Shown piece by piece: positions 20,528 to 31,381 of a stretch of DNA of 64,000 nt (the first letter of the stretch is position 1; each line of letters starts with the position of its first letter). The DNA comes from Candidatus Babeliales bacterium (GTDB lineage: Bacteria; Babelota; Babeliae; Babelales; JBFXEV01), in assembly GCA_050179755.1 (NCBI GenBank), contig JBFXEV010000001.1, positions 937,994 through 1,001,993 on the forward strand, in the 5' to 3' direction. The notes beneath the pieces were generated by a model. It worked only from the letters and a program-made list of their open reading frames with translations. It was not told the origin of the DNA and did not search any database. The position numbers and the translations under genes are program-made.

Positions 20528-20968
20528 ATGGATATGAACAAAGCTTTCTTCTTGAAAAAAGAAGATGAAAAACCAAATTGGGTCGTTATTGACGCAAAAG
20601 ACCAGGTTTTAGGCCGTTTGGCAACACGAGTTGCTGATATACTTAGGGGCAAGAATCGTCCTCAATATACGCCTCATGCAGATGCTGGTGACTATGTTGT
20701 TATTATCAATGCACAAGATATTGTCTTAACGGGTAATAAGTGGAATGATAAAATGTATGTTACCTATTCAGGGTACTTTGGCGGTAAAAAAGAAACTTCT
20801 GCACGAGACCTTAATGCAAAACATCCAACGCGAGTCATTGAGCTTGCTGTTGAGCGTATGCTTCCTAAAAATCGTCTTTCTCGCCAATTAATGAGAAAGC
20901 TTCGTATTTATACTGGTAGCGAACATCCTCATGAAGCGCAAGTTAGCACAAGCGCAAAAGCTGCATAA
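20528..20968 (+). CDS. rplM: 50S ribosomal protein L13
   Basis: WVVIDAKDQVLGRLA, YTPHADAGDYVVIINA, MLPKNRL, HPHEAQ. Confidence 0.97.
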   Translation: MDMNKAFFLKKEDEKPNWVVIDAKDQVLGRLATRVADILRGKNRPQYTPHADAGDYVVIINAQDIVLTGNKWNDKMYVTYSGYFGGKKETSARDLNAKHPTRVIELAVERMLPKNRLSRQLMRKLRIYTGSEHPHEAQVSTSAKAA

Positions 20969-20991
20969 AAACAGTTTCTGAATCAAAAATT

Positions 20992-21018
20992 AAAGCCCCT
21001 TGAAAAAGGGGCTTTTTT
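20992..21018. terminator. intrinsic terminator after rplM
   Basis: AAAGCCCCTT-loop-AAGGGGCTTTTTT. Confidence 0.85.
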
Positions 21019-21049
21019 GTGTATTAAACTTTAGGTATAGGTCGTAAGA

Positions 21050-22159
21050 TTAGCCAAAGATCATGCGCCATACGTCTTGAATGCTCATTGCTACAATGAG
21101 AATCAAAAGCAAAATCCAGCAGGCAATGTGAATATATTCACGTACTTTAACCGGCAATGGACGCCCAATAATAGCTTCTATGGTATAAAAGAGCACTTGG
21201 CCACCATCAAAGATAGGCAGTGGGAATACGTTAAGTACGGCAAGATTCACGCTAATAAATGCAAGCAGCAATAAGAAAATTGCCAAGCCTGATTGTGCGC
21301 TTTTAATGGTCATCGAGACAATCATTAAAGGCCCGCCCATTTGTTTAAAGTCACGTTTGGTGAATAATTGTGCCATAGATCTTAAAATTTCAAAAATCCA
21401 TTCATTAACGGCGGCAAACCCTACTTTCAGTGCGCCTACAAGTGAGCGCGCAGGCATTGCAAGTTCCACACCGAGTGATCCTGCTTTAATGTCGCCAATT
21501 TCTTGTTCACCTAACGTTACAGGTAAGGTCACCTGAGTGCCATTACGTTCAATGTTAAGTTCTACAGGCTTGCCTGGATTTTCTTTGATGTATTTAAGGA
21601 ATTGAACGGGATTTTCCGTAATTGGCGTGTCATTATATGCAATAATCTTATCTCCTACTTGAAGATCAGCAAGTTGCGCGGCAGATTGTTCTGCTACTCC
21701 TTCAATGGTAGCTGTTGCAAAACGTGGGTATAAAAGAGGCATTTTAGGAGCGCCAAAATAAAATACTGCCGATACAGCAGCATAAGCAAACATAAGATTA
21801 AAGAATATGCCACCTAATAATACAAGCAGCTGTTGGTAGTATGGTTTTTGCCCAAACGATTGTTCATCGGCACGATCAGCTTCTTTTTGATCGCCTTGGC
21901 CTACTTCGCGTGCACCAGCAATCTCAACATAGCCACCTATGGGTAAGAGTGAAAGCGTAAAATCGGTATCCCAGATTTTTTTAGAGAAAAGTCGAGGTCC
22001 CATGCCAATTGAGAATGAAGGTGTTCTTATGCCAAATAATTTGCAAAATAGAAAATGACCTAATTCATGAAAGCCAATCAGAAAACCGATGCCACAGAGA
22101 CCAACGATAATAAAGAATAGACTTTTAATTATGCCCAGAAGACTTACAAGAGCTACCAT
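21050..22159 (-). CDS. rseP: RIP metalloprotease RseP (M50, PDZ)
   Basis: HELGH, FSIGMGP, LPIGGYV, PDZ, NVFPLPIFDGG. Confidence 0.95.
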   Translation of the reverse strand: MVALVSLLGIIKSLFFIIVGLCGIGFLIGFHELGHFLFCKLFGIRTPSFSIGMGPRLFSKKIWDTDFTLSLLPIGGYVEIAGAREVGQGDQKEADRADEQSFGQKPYYQQLLVLLGGIFFNLMFAYAAVSAVFYFGAPKMPLLYPRFATATIEGVAEQSAAQLADLQVGDKIIAYNDTPITENPVQFLKYIKENPGKPVELNIERNGTQVTLPVTLGEQEIGDIKAGSLGVELAMPARSLVGALKVGFAAVNEWIFEILRSMAQLFTKRDFKQMGGPLMIVSMTIKSAQSGLAIFLLLLAFISVNLAVLNVFPLPIFDGGQVLFYTIEAIIGRPLPVKVREYIHIACWILLLILIVAMSIQDVWRMIFG

Positions 22160-22205
22160 AAATAATTTCCTTGAGGAAAAAGTGAATGCATTATTTTTTA
22201 ACTTG

Positions 22206-22234
22206 TTTACAATTTTTTTAAATTAGCGTAGCAT
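22206..22234 (+). promoter_or_regulatory. sigma70-type promoter
   Basis: TTTACA-17 bp-TAGCAT. Confidence 0.55.
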
Positions 22235-22240
22235 TAACTG

Positions 22241-22380
22241 GTTGAGAAGTCTATGGTAATTCAATAAAGAGAATAACGATCAGTCTTTAGCTCTCCCTGT
22301 AAAGCAGGTTGAGAGTATCAATTTAAAGCCAGCTTAGCTTTTTAAAGTCCAGGTTCTTTAAGAAGATTAGGCTTGCCAGA
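22241..22380 (+). ncRNA. putative structured ncRNA, rod-like, possibly 6S RNA
   Basis: Follows a promoter; manual pairing AAGUCUA/UAGGCUU, UAAAGAG/UUCUUUA and apical CUCUC-CCUG..CAGG-GAGAG with central bubbles; no ORF in track. Confidence 0.3.
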
Positions 22381-22469
22381 TTGTATTTCTGATAGGGGTG
22401 TTATCATGGGCTTAGGCGCCGAAAGTAGCGTCAGGTAAGGCTCTGGAAGAGCGGAAGCTGAGTTTTAAC

Positions 22470-22497
22470 TTGAAAAAACCAATGAAAAGGTTATAAT
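22470..22497 (+). promoter_or_regulatory. sigma70 promoter of the str operon
   Basis: TTGAAA-16 bp-TATAAT about 95 bp upstream of rpsL. Confidence 0.65.
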
Positions 22498-22590
22498 ATA
22501 AAGGTCCCTTACCCGTTTTCTCAATAAAAATTACGGCTCAAAACGGATTTAAAAGTATATACTTTCTGTAACGTTTAGGAATGGTAGCAT

Positions 22591-22968
22591 ATGCCTACGA
22601 TTAATCAAATGACGCGCACCAAGCGCACAAAAATTAAGGATAAAACAAAGTCTCCAGCGCTTGCGGGTGGTCCCCAGGCACGAGGCGTTTGTACTCGAGT
22701 ATTCACTATGGCTCCTCGTAAACCGAACTCGGCTTTACGTAAAGTAGCTCGTGTAAAGCTTTCAACAGGATTTGAAGTTTCAGCTTATATTCCTGGGGAA
22801 GGTCATAATTTACAGGAACATAGTGTGGTGCTCATTCGTGGTGGTAAGGTTAAAGATTTACCTGGTGTTCGGTATCACATTATTCGTGGCACACTTGACT
22901 GTGCCGGTGTAGAGGGCAGAAAAGACAGTCGTTCTCTTTACGGTGCAAAACGCCCAAAAGCAGCATAA
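22591..22968 (+). CDS. rpsL: 30S ribosomal protein S12
   Basis: [26 protein letters not shown]. Confidence 0.99.
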   Translation: MPTINQMTRTKRTKIKDKTKSPALAGGPQARGVCTRVFTMAPRKPNSALRKVARVKLSTGFEVSAYIPGEGHNLQEHSVVLIRGGKVKDLPGVRYHIIRGTLDCAGVEGRKDSRSLYGAKRPKAA

Positions 22969-22987
22969 CTTAGTTAAGGAATATTAG

Positions 22988-23470
22988 ATGGCACGGCGTA
23001 AAAAAGTATCTTTTGTCAGAGAAATAGGCGGTGATTACCGCTTTGATTCTGAGCTTGTACAGAAGTTCATTAATGTAGTTATGTGGCGGGGCAAGAAAAA
23101 CGTTGCCCGTCGTATTGTGTATGAAGCTATCGACTCATTGATTAAAAAAGCTGGTAATGATGAAAAGAAGGGTCTTGAGTTATTCCATCAAGCATTTGAT
23201 CAGGTTATTCCAAAAATTGAGGTGCGTGCTCGCCGTGTTGGTGGTAGCGTGTATCAGATCCCAGTGCAAGTAAGGCCAACTCGTGCGCGAGCTCTTGCTA
23301 TTAGATGGGTTATTGCTGCGGCAAAATCTCGCCCTGATAAAACAATGGGTAGACGTCTTGCAAATGAGCTTATTGAAGCTGTTGATGGGCGTGGTCAAGC
23401 GGTTAAGAAGAAAATTGATGTACATAAAATGGCAGAAGCTAACAGAGCTTTCTCTCATTATGCATGGTAG
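22988..23470 (+). CDS. rpsG: 30S ribosomal protein S7
   Basis: RRVGGSVYQIP, HKMAEANRAFSHY. Confidence 0.98.
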   Translation: MARRKKVSFVREIGGDYRFDSELVQKFINVVMWRGKKNVARRIVYEAIDSLIKKAGNDEKKGLELFHQAFDQVIPKIEVRARRVGGSVYQIPVQVRPTRARALAIRWVIAAAKSRPDKTMGRRLANELIEAVDGRGQAVKKKIDVHKMAEANRAFSHYAW

Positions 23471-23483
23471 TAAGTAATAAGTC

Positions 23484-25547
23484 ATGAGTAAAAAACTACA
23501 AAATCTAAGAAATATTGGTATCGCAGCCCATATTGACGCGGGTAAAACCACGGTAACCGAGCGTATTTTGTTTTATACCGGTGTAAGTCATAAGATCGGT
23601 GAAGTCCATGAGGGCGCAGCCACTATGGACTGGATGGAGCAAGAGCGCGAGCGTGGTATTACCATTACTTCTGCGGCCACTACGTGTTCATGGAAAGATC
23701 ATACTATTAATATTATTGATACTCCTGGCCACGTTGACTTTACTATTGAAGTAGAGCGCTCATTGCGTGTGCTTGATGGTATGGTGGGTGTGTTCTGTGG
23801 TGTTGCGGGTGTGCAGCCTCAGTCTGAAACCGTATGGCGACAAGCTGCGCGATATAAAGTGCCAAGTATTATTTTTGTAAATAAACTTGACCGTATTGGC
23901 GCGGATTATGCTCGTGTAGTTAAAGGCGTGAGTGAAAAGCTAAAAGTAAATGCGTTGCCGATGCAAATTCAGGTAGGTTTTTCAGAAAACTTTACATCTA
24001 TTATTGACGTGTTAACTGAAAAAATGGCTACATTTTCTGGAGACATGGGTATTGATGTTACCTGGTCAGATGTTCCAGAAGAGTATAAAGATCAAGTTGC
24101 CGAGCAACGTAATTTAATTATTGAAGCTGCAAGTGATTTTGATGAAAATCTTGCAGATAAATATTTAAATGGCGAAGCTGTTTCAATTGAACAGGTAAAA
24201 GCAGCGTTGCGTAAAGGTGTTCTTGCACGTAAAGTGATGCCTGCATTCTGTGGTACTGCTTTTAAAAATAAAGGCGTACAATTGATGCTTGATGCAGTTG
24301 TTGAATATTTGCCATCGCCGCTTGATGTGCCGCCAGTTGAAGGTGTGGTGCCGGGTTCTAATAAAAAAGAAACTCGTGAAGCCGATCCTAAAGCTCCATT
24401 TTGTGCGCTTGCATTTAAAATTATGACTGACCCCTTTGTGGGCGTGCTTACGTTTATTCGTGTGTATTCAGGAACGTTAACCTCTGGTTCTTACGTATTG
24501 AATGCAAGTACGGATAAAAAAGAACGCGTAAGCCGTTTGGTAAAAATGCACGCTAATAAGCGTGAAGAAATTGATCAAGTGAGTGCAGGGGACATTGCAG
24601 CAGTGGTGGGTATGAAAGACGTAGTCACCGGACATACGCTCTGCGCTGAAGGCCATCCAATCTTGCTTGAAACTATTAACGTTCCTCGTCCAGTTATCTC
24701 TACATCTGTTGAGCCTAAAAACAAAGCAGATCATGAAAAAATGGTAATTGGATTACGTAAGATTATGCAAGAAGATCCGTCATTCTTCTTGTCCTACGAC
24801 AATGAAACTGCACAAACAGTTATTGCTGGGCAAGGTGAATTGCATTTGGAAATTGTAGTTGATCGCTTAAAGCGAGAGCACAAAGTAGAAATTGCACAAG
24901 GTCCATTGCAAGTTGCTTACAAAGAAACTATTCAAAAGCCTGTTGAGCAAGAAGGTAAATATATCAAACAGTCTGGTGGTAAAGGCCAGTACGGACACGT
25001 TTGGATTAAAATTGAGCCTCTTGATCGCGGTGTTGGAGAACAGTTTGAAAATAAAATTGTGGGTGGTACAGTTCCAAGAGAATATATTCCTGGGATTGAA
25101 AAAGGTATTAAAGAGGCGACAACTTCAGGTGTTCTTGGAGGATATCCAGTTGTTGACGTGAAAACGACGCTTTATGATGGCTCGTATCACGATGTTGACT
25201 CAAATGAAATGGCGTTCAAGATTGCAGCCTCAATGGCGTTTAAATCTGGTATGCAAAAAGCATCTCCAGTGCTTCTTGAGCCTGTTATGAAAGTTGAAGT
25301 TGATACCCCTGAAGAGCACATGGGTGACGTTATGGGCGATATTAATTCTCGCCGTGGACGTATTTTGGGTATGGAAGCTAACGGGCCAAGCCAGATTATT
25401 ACGGCTGAAGTGCCACTTGCTCAAATGCTTGGGTATGCTACAACCTTACGTTCAATGACCAAGGGTCGCGCAAATTACAGTATGGAATTTGAGTGTTACC
25501 GTGAAGTCCCTAAAAATGTGCAAGAAGAAGTTGTTTCAAAGAAATAG
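23484..25547 (+). CDS. fusA: elongation factor G
   Basis: [39 protein letters not shown]. Confidence 0.99.
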   Translation: MSKKLQNLRNIGIAAHIDAGKTTVTERILFYTGVSHKIGEVHEGAATMDWMEQERERGITITSAATTCSWKDHTINIIDTPGHVDFTIEVERSLRVLDGMVGVFCGVAGVQPQSETVWRQAARYKVPSIIFVNKLDRIGADYARVVKGVSEKLKVNALPMQIQVGFSENFTSIIDVLTEKMATFSGDMGIDVTWSDVPEEYKDQVAEQRNLIIEAASDFDENLADKYLNGEAVSIEQVKAALRKGVLARKVMPAFCGTAFKNKGVQLMLDAVVEYLPSPLDVPPVEGVVPGSNKKETREADPKAPFCALAFKIMTDPFVGVLTFIRVYSGTLTSGSYVLNASTDKKERVSRLVKMHANKREEIDQVSAGDIAAVVGMKDVVTGHTLCAEGHPILLETINVPRPVISTSVEPKNKADHEKMVIGLRKIMQEDPSFFLSYDNETAQTVIAGQGELHLEIVVDRLKREHKVEIAQGPLQVAYKETIQKPVEQEGKYIKQSGGKGQYGHVWIKIEPLDRGVGEQFENKIVGGTVPREYIPGIEKGIKEATTSGVLGGYPVVDVKTTLYDGSYHDVDSNEMAFKIAASMAFKSGMQKASPVLLEPVMKVEVDTPEEHMGDVMGDINSRRGRILGMEANGPSQIITAEVPLAQMLGYATTLRSMTKGRANYSMEFECYREVPKNVQEEVVSKK

Positions 25548-25583
25548 TTTATGTTTAACGTGTAATCTGTAGGAGAATACACA

Positions 25584-26774
25584 ATGGCAAAAGAGATTTT
25601 TGAGCGTAAGAAGCCCCATGTCAATATTGGTACTATTGGTCACGTTGACCATGGTAAAACTACGTTGACTGCGGCTATTACAAACGTACAAGCATCGCAA
25701 GGTCTTGCAAAAGCAAAAGCATTCGATGCAATTGATAACGCCCCAGAAGAAAAGGCGCGTGGTATTACTATTGCTACATCACACGTAGAATATGAAACAC
25801 CAAAACGCCACTATGCGCACGTTGACTGTCCAGGTCACGCTGACTATGTTAAAAACATGATCACGGGTGCTGCTCAAATGGATGGCGGTATTCTTGTAGT
25901 TTCAGCAAATGATGGTGCAATGCCTCAAACTCGTGAGCATATTTTGCTTGCAAAGAACGTGGGTGTTCCGTCACTTGTTGTATTCTTGAATAAAGTTGAT
26001 ATGGTTGAAGATCCAGAAATGGTTGATATGGTTGAAGAAGAAATTCGCGACTTGTTAACTAAGTATGGATTCCCTGGTAAAGAAATACCTGTAATTCGCG
26101 GTTCAGCACTTAAAGCGCTTGAAGGTGATAAAGGTGAACTTGGTGCACAAGCCATCCAAAAATTAATGGATGCGTGTGATAACTACATTCCAGAACCAGC
26201 TCGTGAAATTGATAAGCCGTTCTTAATGGCAGTTGAAGGTGTTTTCTCGATTCCGGGACGTGGTACCGTTGCAACTGGTCGTATTGAACGTGGCAAAGTA
26301 AAAGTTGGTGAAGAAGTTGAAATTGTTGGTTTTGGTGAAAAAATCAAAACTATTGTTACTGGCGTTGAAATGTTCCGCAAAGAACTGAGTGAAGGTCTTG
26401 CTGGGGATAACGTTGGATTGCTTCTTCGCGGCGTTAAGAAAGAAGATATTGAGCGTGGTATGGTTATCTGTAAAACAGGTACCGTAAAACCACACAAGAA
26501 GTTTAAATGCCAAGTGTACGTACTATCTAAGGATGAAGGTGGCCGTCATAGCCCGTTCTTTACAGGATATCGTCCTCAGTTTTATTTCCGTACAACGGAT
26601 GTAACTGGCATAGTAACATTGCCTGCTGGCCGTGAAATGGTTATGCCAGGTGATGATGTGGAATTATCAGCAGAACTTATTTCACCAATTGCAATGGAGA
26701 AAGATCAACACTTCTCATTGCGTGAAGGTGGTAGAACTGTTGGTTCTGGTGTAGTAACTGAAATTACGGATTAA
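25584..26774 (+). CDS. tuf: elongation factor Tu
   Basis: [35 protein letters not shown]. Confidence 0.99.
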   Translation: MAKEIFERKKPHVNIGTIGHVDHGKTTLTAAITNVQASQGLAKAKAFDAIDNAPEEKARGITIATSHVEYETPKRHYAHVDCPGHADYVKNMITGAAQMDGGILVVSANDGAMPQTREHILLAKNVGVPSLVVFLNKVDMVEDPEMVDMVEEEIRDLLTKYGFPGKEIPVIRGSALKALEGDKGELGAQAIQKLMDACDNYIPEPAREIDKPFLMAVEGVFSIPGRGTVATGRIERGKVKVGEEVEIVGFGEKIKTIVTGVEMFRKELSEGLAGDNVGLLLRGVKKEDIERGMVICKTGTVKPHKKFKCQVYVLSKDEGGRHSPFFTGYRPQFYFRTTDVTGIVTLPAGREMVMPGDDVELSAELISPIAMEKDQHFSLREGGRTVGSGVVTEITD

Positions 26775-26802
26775 CGCTGCAATCAGCATTGATGGAACTT
26801 CT

Positions 26803-27108
26803 ATGAAAAAACAAAAGATACGCTTAAGTTTAAAGTCGTATGACCATCAACTGCTCGATAAAGCCGTGAAACAAATTGTGATGACTGCAAAACGTACAGG
26901 CTCAGATATAATGGGGCCTGTACCTTTGCCTAATAAGCAGAGAGTCTTCACTGTCTTACGTTCACCCCATGTGGATAAGACGTCACGGGAGCAGTTTGAG
27001 TTAACTACGCACAAACGCATATTGGACATTGTTTCTCCTTCAGATCAAACTATGGATGCGCTCATGAAGTTGAACATATCCTCTGGTGTTGATGTTGAAA
27101 TTAAATAA
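26803..27108 (+). CDS. rpsJ: 30S ribosomal protein S10
   Basis: [20 protein letters not shown]. Confidence 0.98.
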   Translation: MKKQKIRLSLKSYDHQLLDKAVKQIVMTAKRTGSDIMGPVPLPNKQRVFTVLRSPHVDKTSREQFELTTHKRILDIVSPSDQTMDALMKLNISSGVDVEIK

Positions 27109-27117
27109 CACGAGGAT

Positions 27118-27759
27118 ATGAAAACAATGTTACAAGGTGTTTGGGGTAAAAAAATCGGTATGACGCAGGTCTTCAACGAGAAAGACGTTGTTGTTCCTGT
27201 TACCGTGATTGACGTAGCCCGTTGGGTTGTCACTCAAATTAAGACCATTGAAAAAGATGGTTATAATGCACTTCAGCTTGGTACGGTGCGCCCTCGTTAT
27301 GTAGGCAAGCCTTTCTCAGCTGAATGGCTTAAGAAATTGAATACATATTTTGCGTTTGTTCGTGAAGTAAAAATAGCTGATACATCAGCAACATTTGAAA
27401 TTGGTCAAGAAATTGATCCAAATGCAGTGTTTGCCGATGGTGTATTTGTTGATGTGTTTGGTACTTCTAAAGGTAAAGGTTTTCAAGGCGGTGTGAAACG
27501 CCATGGCTTTGCTGGTGGTCGTGCTTCTCACGGACAAAAATTAGGTCGTAGACCCGGCTCATTGAGCTTTATGCGTGCTCGCGGACGTGTAATGAAAAAT
27601 AAAAGATTGCCTGGCCATATGGGTGACGCAGCACGAGTGAGCCAACAGTTGCAAGTAGTAAAAGTTGATAACCGCGCTGGCTTGATTCTTGTTAAAGGAT
27701 CAGTAGTCGGTGGTCCAGGATCGCTTGTCTATGTACAAAAAGTTCAAGGTGACCTATGA
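27118..27759 (+). CDS. rplC: 50S ribosomal protein L3
   Basis: GKKIGMTQ, DGYNALQ, SKGKGFQG. Confidence 0.97.
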   Translation: MKTMLQGVWGKKIGMTQVFNEKDVVVPVTVIDVARWVVTQIKTIEKDGYNALQLGTVRPRYVGKPFSAEWLKKLNTYFAFVREVKIADTSATFEIGQEIDPNAVFADGVFVDVFGTSKGKGFQGGVKRHGFAGGRASHGQKLGRRPGSLSFMRARGRVMKNKRLPGHMGDAARVSQQLQVVKVDNRAGLILVKGSVVGGPGSLVYVQKVQGDL

Positions 27760-28409
27760 GCGCACAGAAGAAAAAGCAATCAGAAAAAAATGCTGTCGCT
27801 TTGCAGATAATTACTGCAGCGGATATTGGTAGAGATGAGGCGAAAGCCCAGCCATATGGCAAAGAACTTGCATTGGTGGTTCGCGAATTGCGTTTAAATG
27901 GTCGCCAAGGAACCGTTGGTTGTAAAGACCGTTCTGAAGTTAATCGAACCAATAAAAAGCCATTTAAGCAAAAAGGTACAGGTCGTGCTCGTGCGGGTAC
28001 TGCTCGTTCTCCATTGTGGCGTGGTGGTGGTGTTATATTTGGACCACAATTACGTACACGTGAAATTGGTGTGCCAAAGCAAGTACGCAGAATGGCTTTT
28101 GGCAACATGCTCAATGACTTTTTGATTAGTAAGCAGTTAGTTGCACTTGATTGGCAATTGCCTTCAGATGCGCCTAAAACAGCACTTGCAAGAGAAGCAT
28201 TGCGTGCAGCACAGCTTGATAAAGGCAAAGTGACGCTCTTTTTGGCGTTTGATGATATTGTGCATCATCGTGCGTTTGCCAATATTCCATCGGTCTCAAT
28301 TGTTTCATTTGATGCGCCAAATGCACTTCATTTAGCACAAGGTAGACACTGGGTGGTCTTAAAGAAAGATATTGACCAGTTTACAGATATGGTGGCGCAA
28401 TGGCATTAA
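27756..28409 (+). CDS. rplD: 50S ribosomal protein L4
   Basis: KKPFKQKGTGRARAG, SPLWRGGGVIFGP. Confidence 0.96.
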   Translation: MSAQKKKQSEKNAVALQIITAADIGRDEAKAQPYGKELALVVRELRLNGRQGTVGCKDRSEVNRTNKKPFKQKGTGRARAGTARSPLWRGGGVIFGPQLRTREIGVPKQVRRMAFGNMLNDFLISKQLVALDWQLPSDAPKTALAREALRAAQLDKGKVTLFLAFDDIVHHRAFANIPSVSIVSFDAPNALHLAQGRHWVVLKKDIDQFTDMVAQWH

Positions 28410-28735
28410 AACTTGGCATTTTTGATATTATTCAGGGAGCTGTTACCACGGGTAAAGCTACTGAACAAATGCATAAACTTAAGAAAATTACCTTAACAGT
28501 ACATCTTGAAGCCAATAAATCAATGGTTAAGGAAGCTGTGGAAAAAGCATTTAATGTTAAAGTAAAAGACATTAATATACTTATTAAAAAAGGTAAAATA
28601 CGTAAATTTAAACGGGTTGAATCTCGCGGCAAAGACACTAAACGAGCAATCGTTACCTTGTCGCCTGGCTACTCAATTGGCTTGTTCGATCAACAAGCAA
28701 TGGGTGCTGGGGTAGAGCAATCGCCTGAACAGTAA
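28400..28735 (+). CDS. rplW: 50S ribosomal protein L23
   Basis: ANKSMVKEAVEKAFNVKV, KRAIVTL; operon position. Confidence 0.93.
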   Translation: MALKLGIFDIIQGAVTTGKATEQMHKLKKITLTVHLEANKSMVKEAVEKAFNVKVKDINILIKKGKIRKFKRVESRGKDTKRAIVTLSPGYSIGLFDQQAMGAGVEQSPEQ

Positions 28736-28757
28736 GTGAGGAATATAAGGATTTGCA

Positions 28758-29576
28758 ATGGCAATACGTAAACGCAAGCCAACTACAGCATCAAACCGAT
28801 CTCAAACTTTTTTGGAATCGGGTGACATTACCGCTAAACGACCGGAAAAAAGCTTAACGGTTGGCCTTAAAAAGAAAGGCGGTCGCAATGCCTACGGACG
28901 AATTACTTGTCGTCACAAAGGCGGCGGCGCTATGCGTAAATATCGTGAAATCGATTTTGTTCGCAGTATTAAAGATGTTGAAGGCACCGTAAGAACGGTT
29001 GAATATGATCCAAATCGCAATGTTCGCATTGGATTGGTATTTTATAAAAATGGCGCTAAAAAATATATGCTTCTTCCTGAAGGCTTACAAGTAGGTGCTT
29101 CAGTTATGTCAAGTAATACTGCCGAAGCAAAAGTTGGCTCTAGTTTGCCATTGCGTAATATCCCTATAGGATTTACGTTGCATAACGTAGAAGTGCGACC
29201 TGGATCAGGCGGAACTTTTGCACGTAGTGCAGGTACCTCAGTACAATTGATGGCCAAAAAAGATGATCTTGCAACGCTAAAAATGCCTTCATCTGAAGTT
29301 CGTTTAGTGCATCTTGATTGTTGGGCAACTATCGGAACTTTAGGTAACGCTGATTACCAAAATATTACTTGGGGTAAAGCGGGACGTAGTAGACATCTTG
29401 GTATTCGACCAACAGTTCGTGGTATGGCTATGAACCCTGTTGATCACCCACATGGTGGTGGTGAAGGTCGTTCTAAGTCAGGTTCACATCCGCGTAGCCC
29501 TTGGGGTAAAGGATGTAAAGGTACACGAACTCGACTTAAACCAAACCCTATGCTTGTGCGTAGACGTGGTAAGTAA
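28758..29576 (+). CDS. rplB: 50S ribosomal protein L2
   Basis: EYDPNR, RPTVRGMAMNPVDHPHGGGEG. Confidence 0.99.
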   Translation: MAIRKRKPTTASNRSQTFLESGDITAKRPEKSLTVGLKKKGGRNAYGRITCRHKGGGAMRKYREIDFVRSIKDVEGTVRTVEYDPNRNVRIGLVFYKNGAKKYMLLPEGLQVGASVMSSNTAEAKVGSSLPLRNIPIGFTLHNVEVRPGSGGTFARSAGTSVQLMAKKDDLATLKMPSSEVRLVHLDCWATIGTLGNADYQNITWGKAGRSRHLGIRPTVRGMAMNPVDHPHGGGEGRSKSGSHPRSPWGKGCKGTRTRLKPNPMLVRRRGK

Positions 29577-29609
29577 GAGTAAACTGATGACTATAAAGGT
29601 TAATTAATT

Positions 29610-29897
29610 ATGGCACGTTCAACGAAAAAGGGCCCTTTTGTAGATGAGTCTTTGATCAAAAAGATTGAAGCTGCAAAATCAGGCAGTAAACGCGAAGTTA
29701 TTAAAACATGGTCACGGCGAAGCATGGTTCTTCCAGATTTTGTCGGTTTGACTATTGCTGTACACAATGGTAAGAAATTTGTTTCAGTATATGTTACTGA
29801 AAACATGGTAGGACATCGCCTTGGTGAATTTTCTCCTAGCCGTACGTTCCGTTTACATAGCGGTCAACGTCAGGCTGGAGCGGCTGCCAAGAAATAG
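29610..29897 (+). CDS. rpsS: 30S ribosomal protein S19
   Basis: [26 protein letters not shown]. Confidence 0.98.
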   Translation: MARSTKKGPFVDESLIKKIEAAKSGSKREVIKTWSRRSMVLPDFVGLTIAVHNGKKFVSVYVTENMVGHRLGEFSPSRTFRLHSGQRQAGAAAKK

Positions 29898-29924
29898 TTG
29901 CGATAAACTGGTAAGGACATAGAA

Positions 29925-30290
29925 ATGCAGTTTTGCGCTAAAGCCCGTTTTATTAAATTTTCACCCTACAAATTGCGGCCGCTTGCAGATGTCATTCGTG
30001 GCAAAAATGCACAGTTTGCTCTCAATTGGTTGGCGACTCATGAGTCGCAGCGAACTATACCTGTTGCAAAAGTATTGAAATCTGCCGTTGCTAATGCTAT
30101 ACAGCAAGGTAAATATGAATCAACACAATTGGTTATTTCTGATTTGCGTGTTGATCAAGGACCAATATTCCGTTATTTTAAACCCGGCGCTATGGGTCGA
30201 TCAACAATATTGCGTAAAAGATTTAGTCATATACATGTAGTGGTGGAACCGGCAAAACCGGCTAACAAAAAGATTAAAGAGGTATTATAA
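29925..30290 (+). CDS. rplV: 50S ribosomal protein L22
   Basis: SPYKLR..ADVIRGK, SAVANA, VDQGP, SHI. Confidence 0.96.
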   Translation: MQFCAKARFIKFSPYKLRPLADVIRGKNAQFALNWLATHESQRTIPVAKVLKSAVANAIQQGKYESTQLVISDLRVDQGPIFRYFKPGAMGRSTILRKRFSHIHVVVEPAKPANKKIKEVL

Positions 30291-30291
30291 C

Positions 30292-30927
30292 GTGGGACAA
30301 AAGGTTCATCCGAAGGGATTTCGCTTAGGCATCTACCTTGATTGGGATGCGCGATGGTTTGCTCGCAAATCTTATTCGGATTATTTATTAAACGATATTA
30401 AAATCAGACGCTATTTGACAGAAAAGTTGGATCGTGCTGAAGTTTCTCGTATTGAAATTGAGCGTGCTGGTGAAAATGTAAAAGTTATTTTACATTCAGG
30501 CCGTCCTGGTTTTGTTATTGGGAAAAAGGGTCAAGAAATTGATACTTTGCGTCGTGATCTTGTAAAATTAGTAGGTTCGCCAAGTGTTGAAATTTCAGTG
30601 ACTGAAGTAAAGCGTCCTGAATTAGATGCAACCCTTGTTGCACGTAATATTGCCGAGCAGCTTGAGCGTAGAGCAAGTTATAAGCAAGCAATGAAACGTG
30701 CTGCAGCCAATACTATGCGTAGTGGTGCACAAGGTATTAAAATATGTTGTGCTGGCCGACTTGCTGGTGCAGAAATTGCTCGTACAGAATGGCTGCGTGA
30801 AGGCAGAACACCACTTCATACCTTACGTTCTGATATTGATTATGGTTTTGCCGAAGCGTTAACAACGTATGGTAAAATCGGTGTGAAAGTGTGGATTTGT
30901 CGCGGTGAATATCAAATCGCTAAATAG
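30292..30927 (+). CDS. rpsC: 30S ribosomal protein S3
   Basis: MGQKVHPKGFRLG, GRLAGAEIAR, PLHTLRSDIDY. Confidence 0.98.
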   Translation: MGQKVHPKGFRLGIYLDWDARWFARKSYSDYLLNDIKIRRYLTEKLDRAEVSRIEIERAGENVKVILHSGRPGFVIGKKGQEIDTLRRDLVKLVGSPSVEISVTEVKRPELDATLVARNIAEQLERRASYKQAMKRAAANTMRSGAQGIKICCAGRLAGAEIARTEWLREGRTPLHTLRSDIDYGFAEALTTYGKIGVKVWICRGEYQIAK

Positions 30928-30958
30928 TGGATTGATACAAGGTACAGGAAATTAAACC

Positions 30959-31381
30959 ATGTTAATGCCCAAAAAAGTAAAATGGCGTAAACAGCAACGT
31001 GGGTCTATGAAAGGACTCTCCAAAGGAGCGCGCACTGTTGCGTTTGGCGAATTTGGATTACAGGCTGTTGAGCCTGCATGGATCACCGCACAGCAAATAG
31101 AAGCAGTGCGTGTGACGTTGTCACGTAAATTGAAAAAAGTTGGCCGCTTATGGTTGCGGCTGTTTCCACAAAAACCAATTACTGCAAAACCAGCCGAAAC
31201 TCGTATGGGTAAAGGTAAAGGTAACATTGATGCCTGGGTTGCCGTGGTAAAACGTGGAAGAGTTCTTTTTGAAATCGATGGATTACCAGAGGATGAGGCA
31301 AAAAAAGTGTTGCGACTTGCAGCATATAAATTGCCAATTAAAACTCGTATGGTTAAAAGGCTAGAAACAGATGTTGAATAA
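30959..31381 (+). CDS. rplP: 50S ribosomal protein L16
   Basis: [22 protein letters not shown]. Confidence 0.98.
   Translation: MLMPKKVKWRKQQRGSMKGLSKGARTVAFGEFGLQAVEPAWITAQQIEAVRVTLSRKLKKVGRLWLRLFPQKPITAKPAETRMGKGKGNIDAWVAVVKRGRVLFEIDGLPEDEAKKVLRLAAYKLPIKTRMVKRLETDVE

Noticed and set aside
22420..22460. Possible SRP (4.5S) RNA, given CAGG...GGAA...AGC
   Set aside because: Lacks the CAGGuCCGGAAGGAAGCAG helix-8 geometry; kept only as an unknown structure
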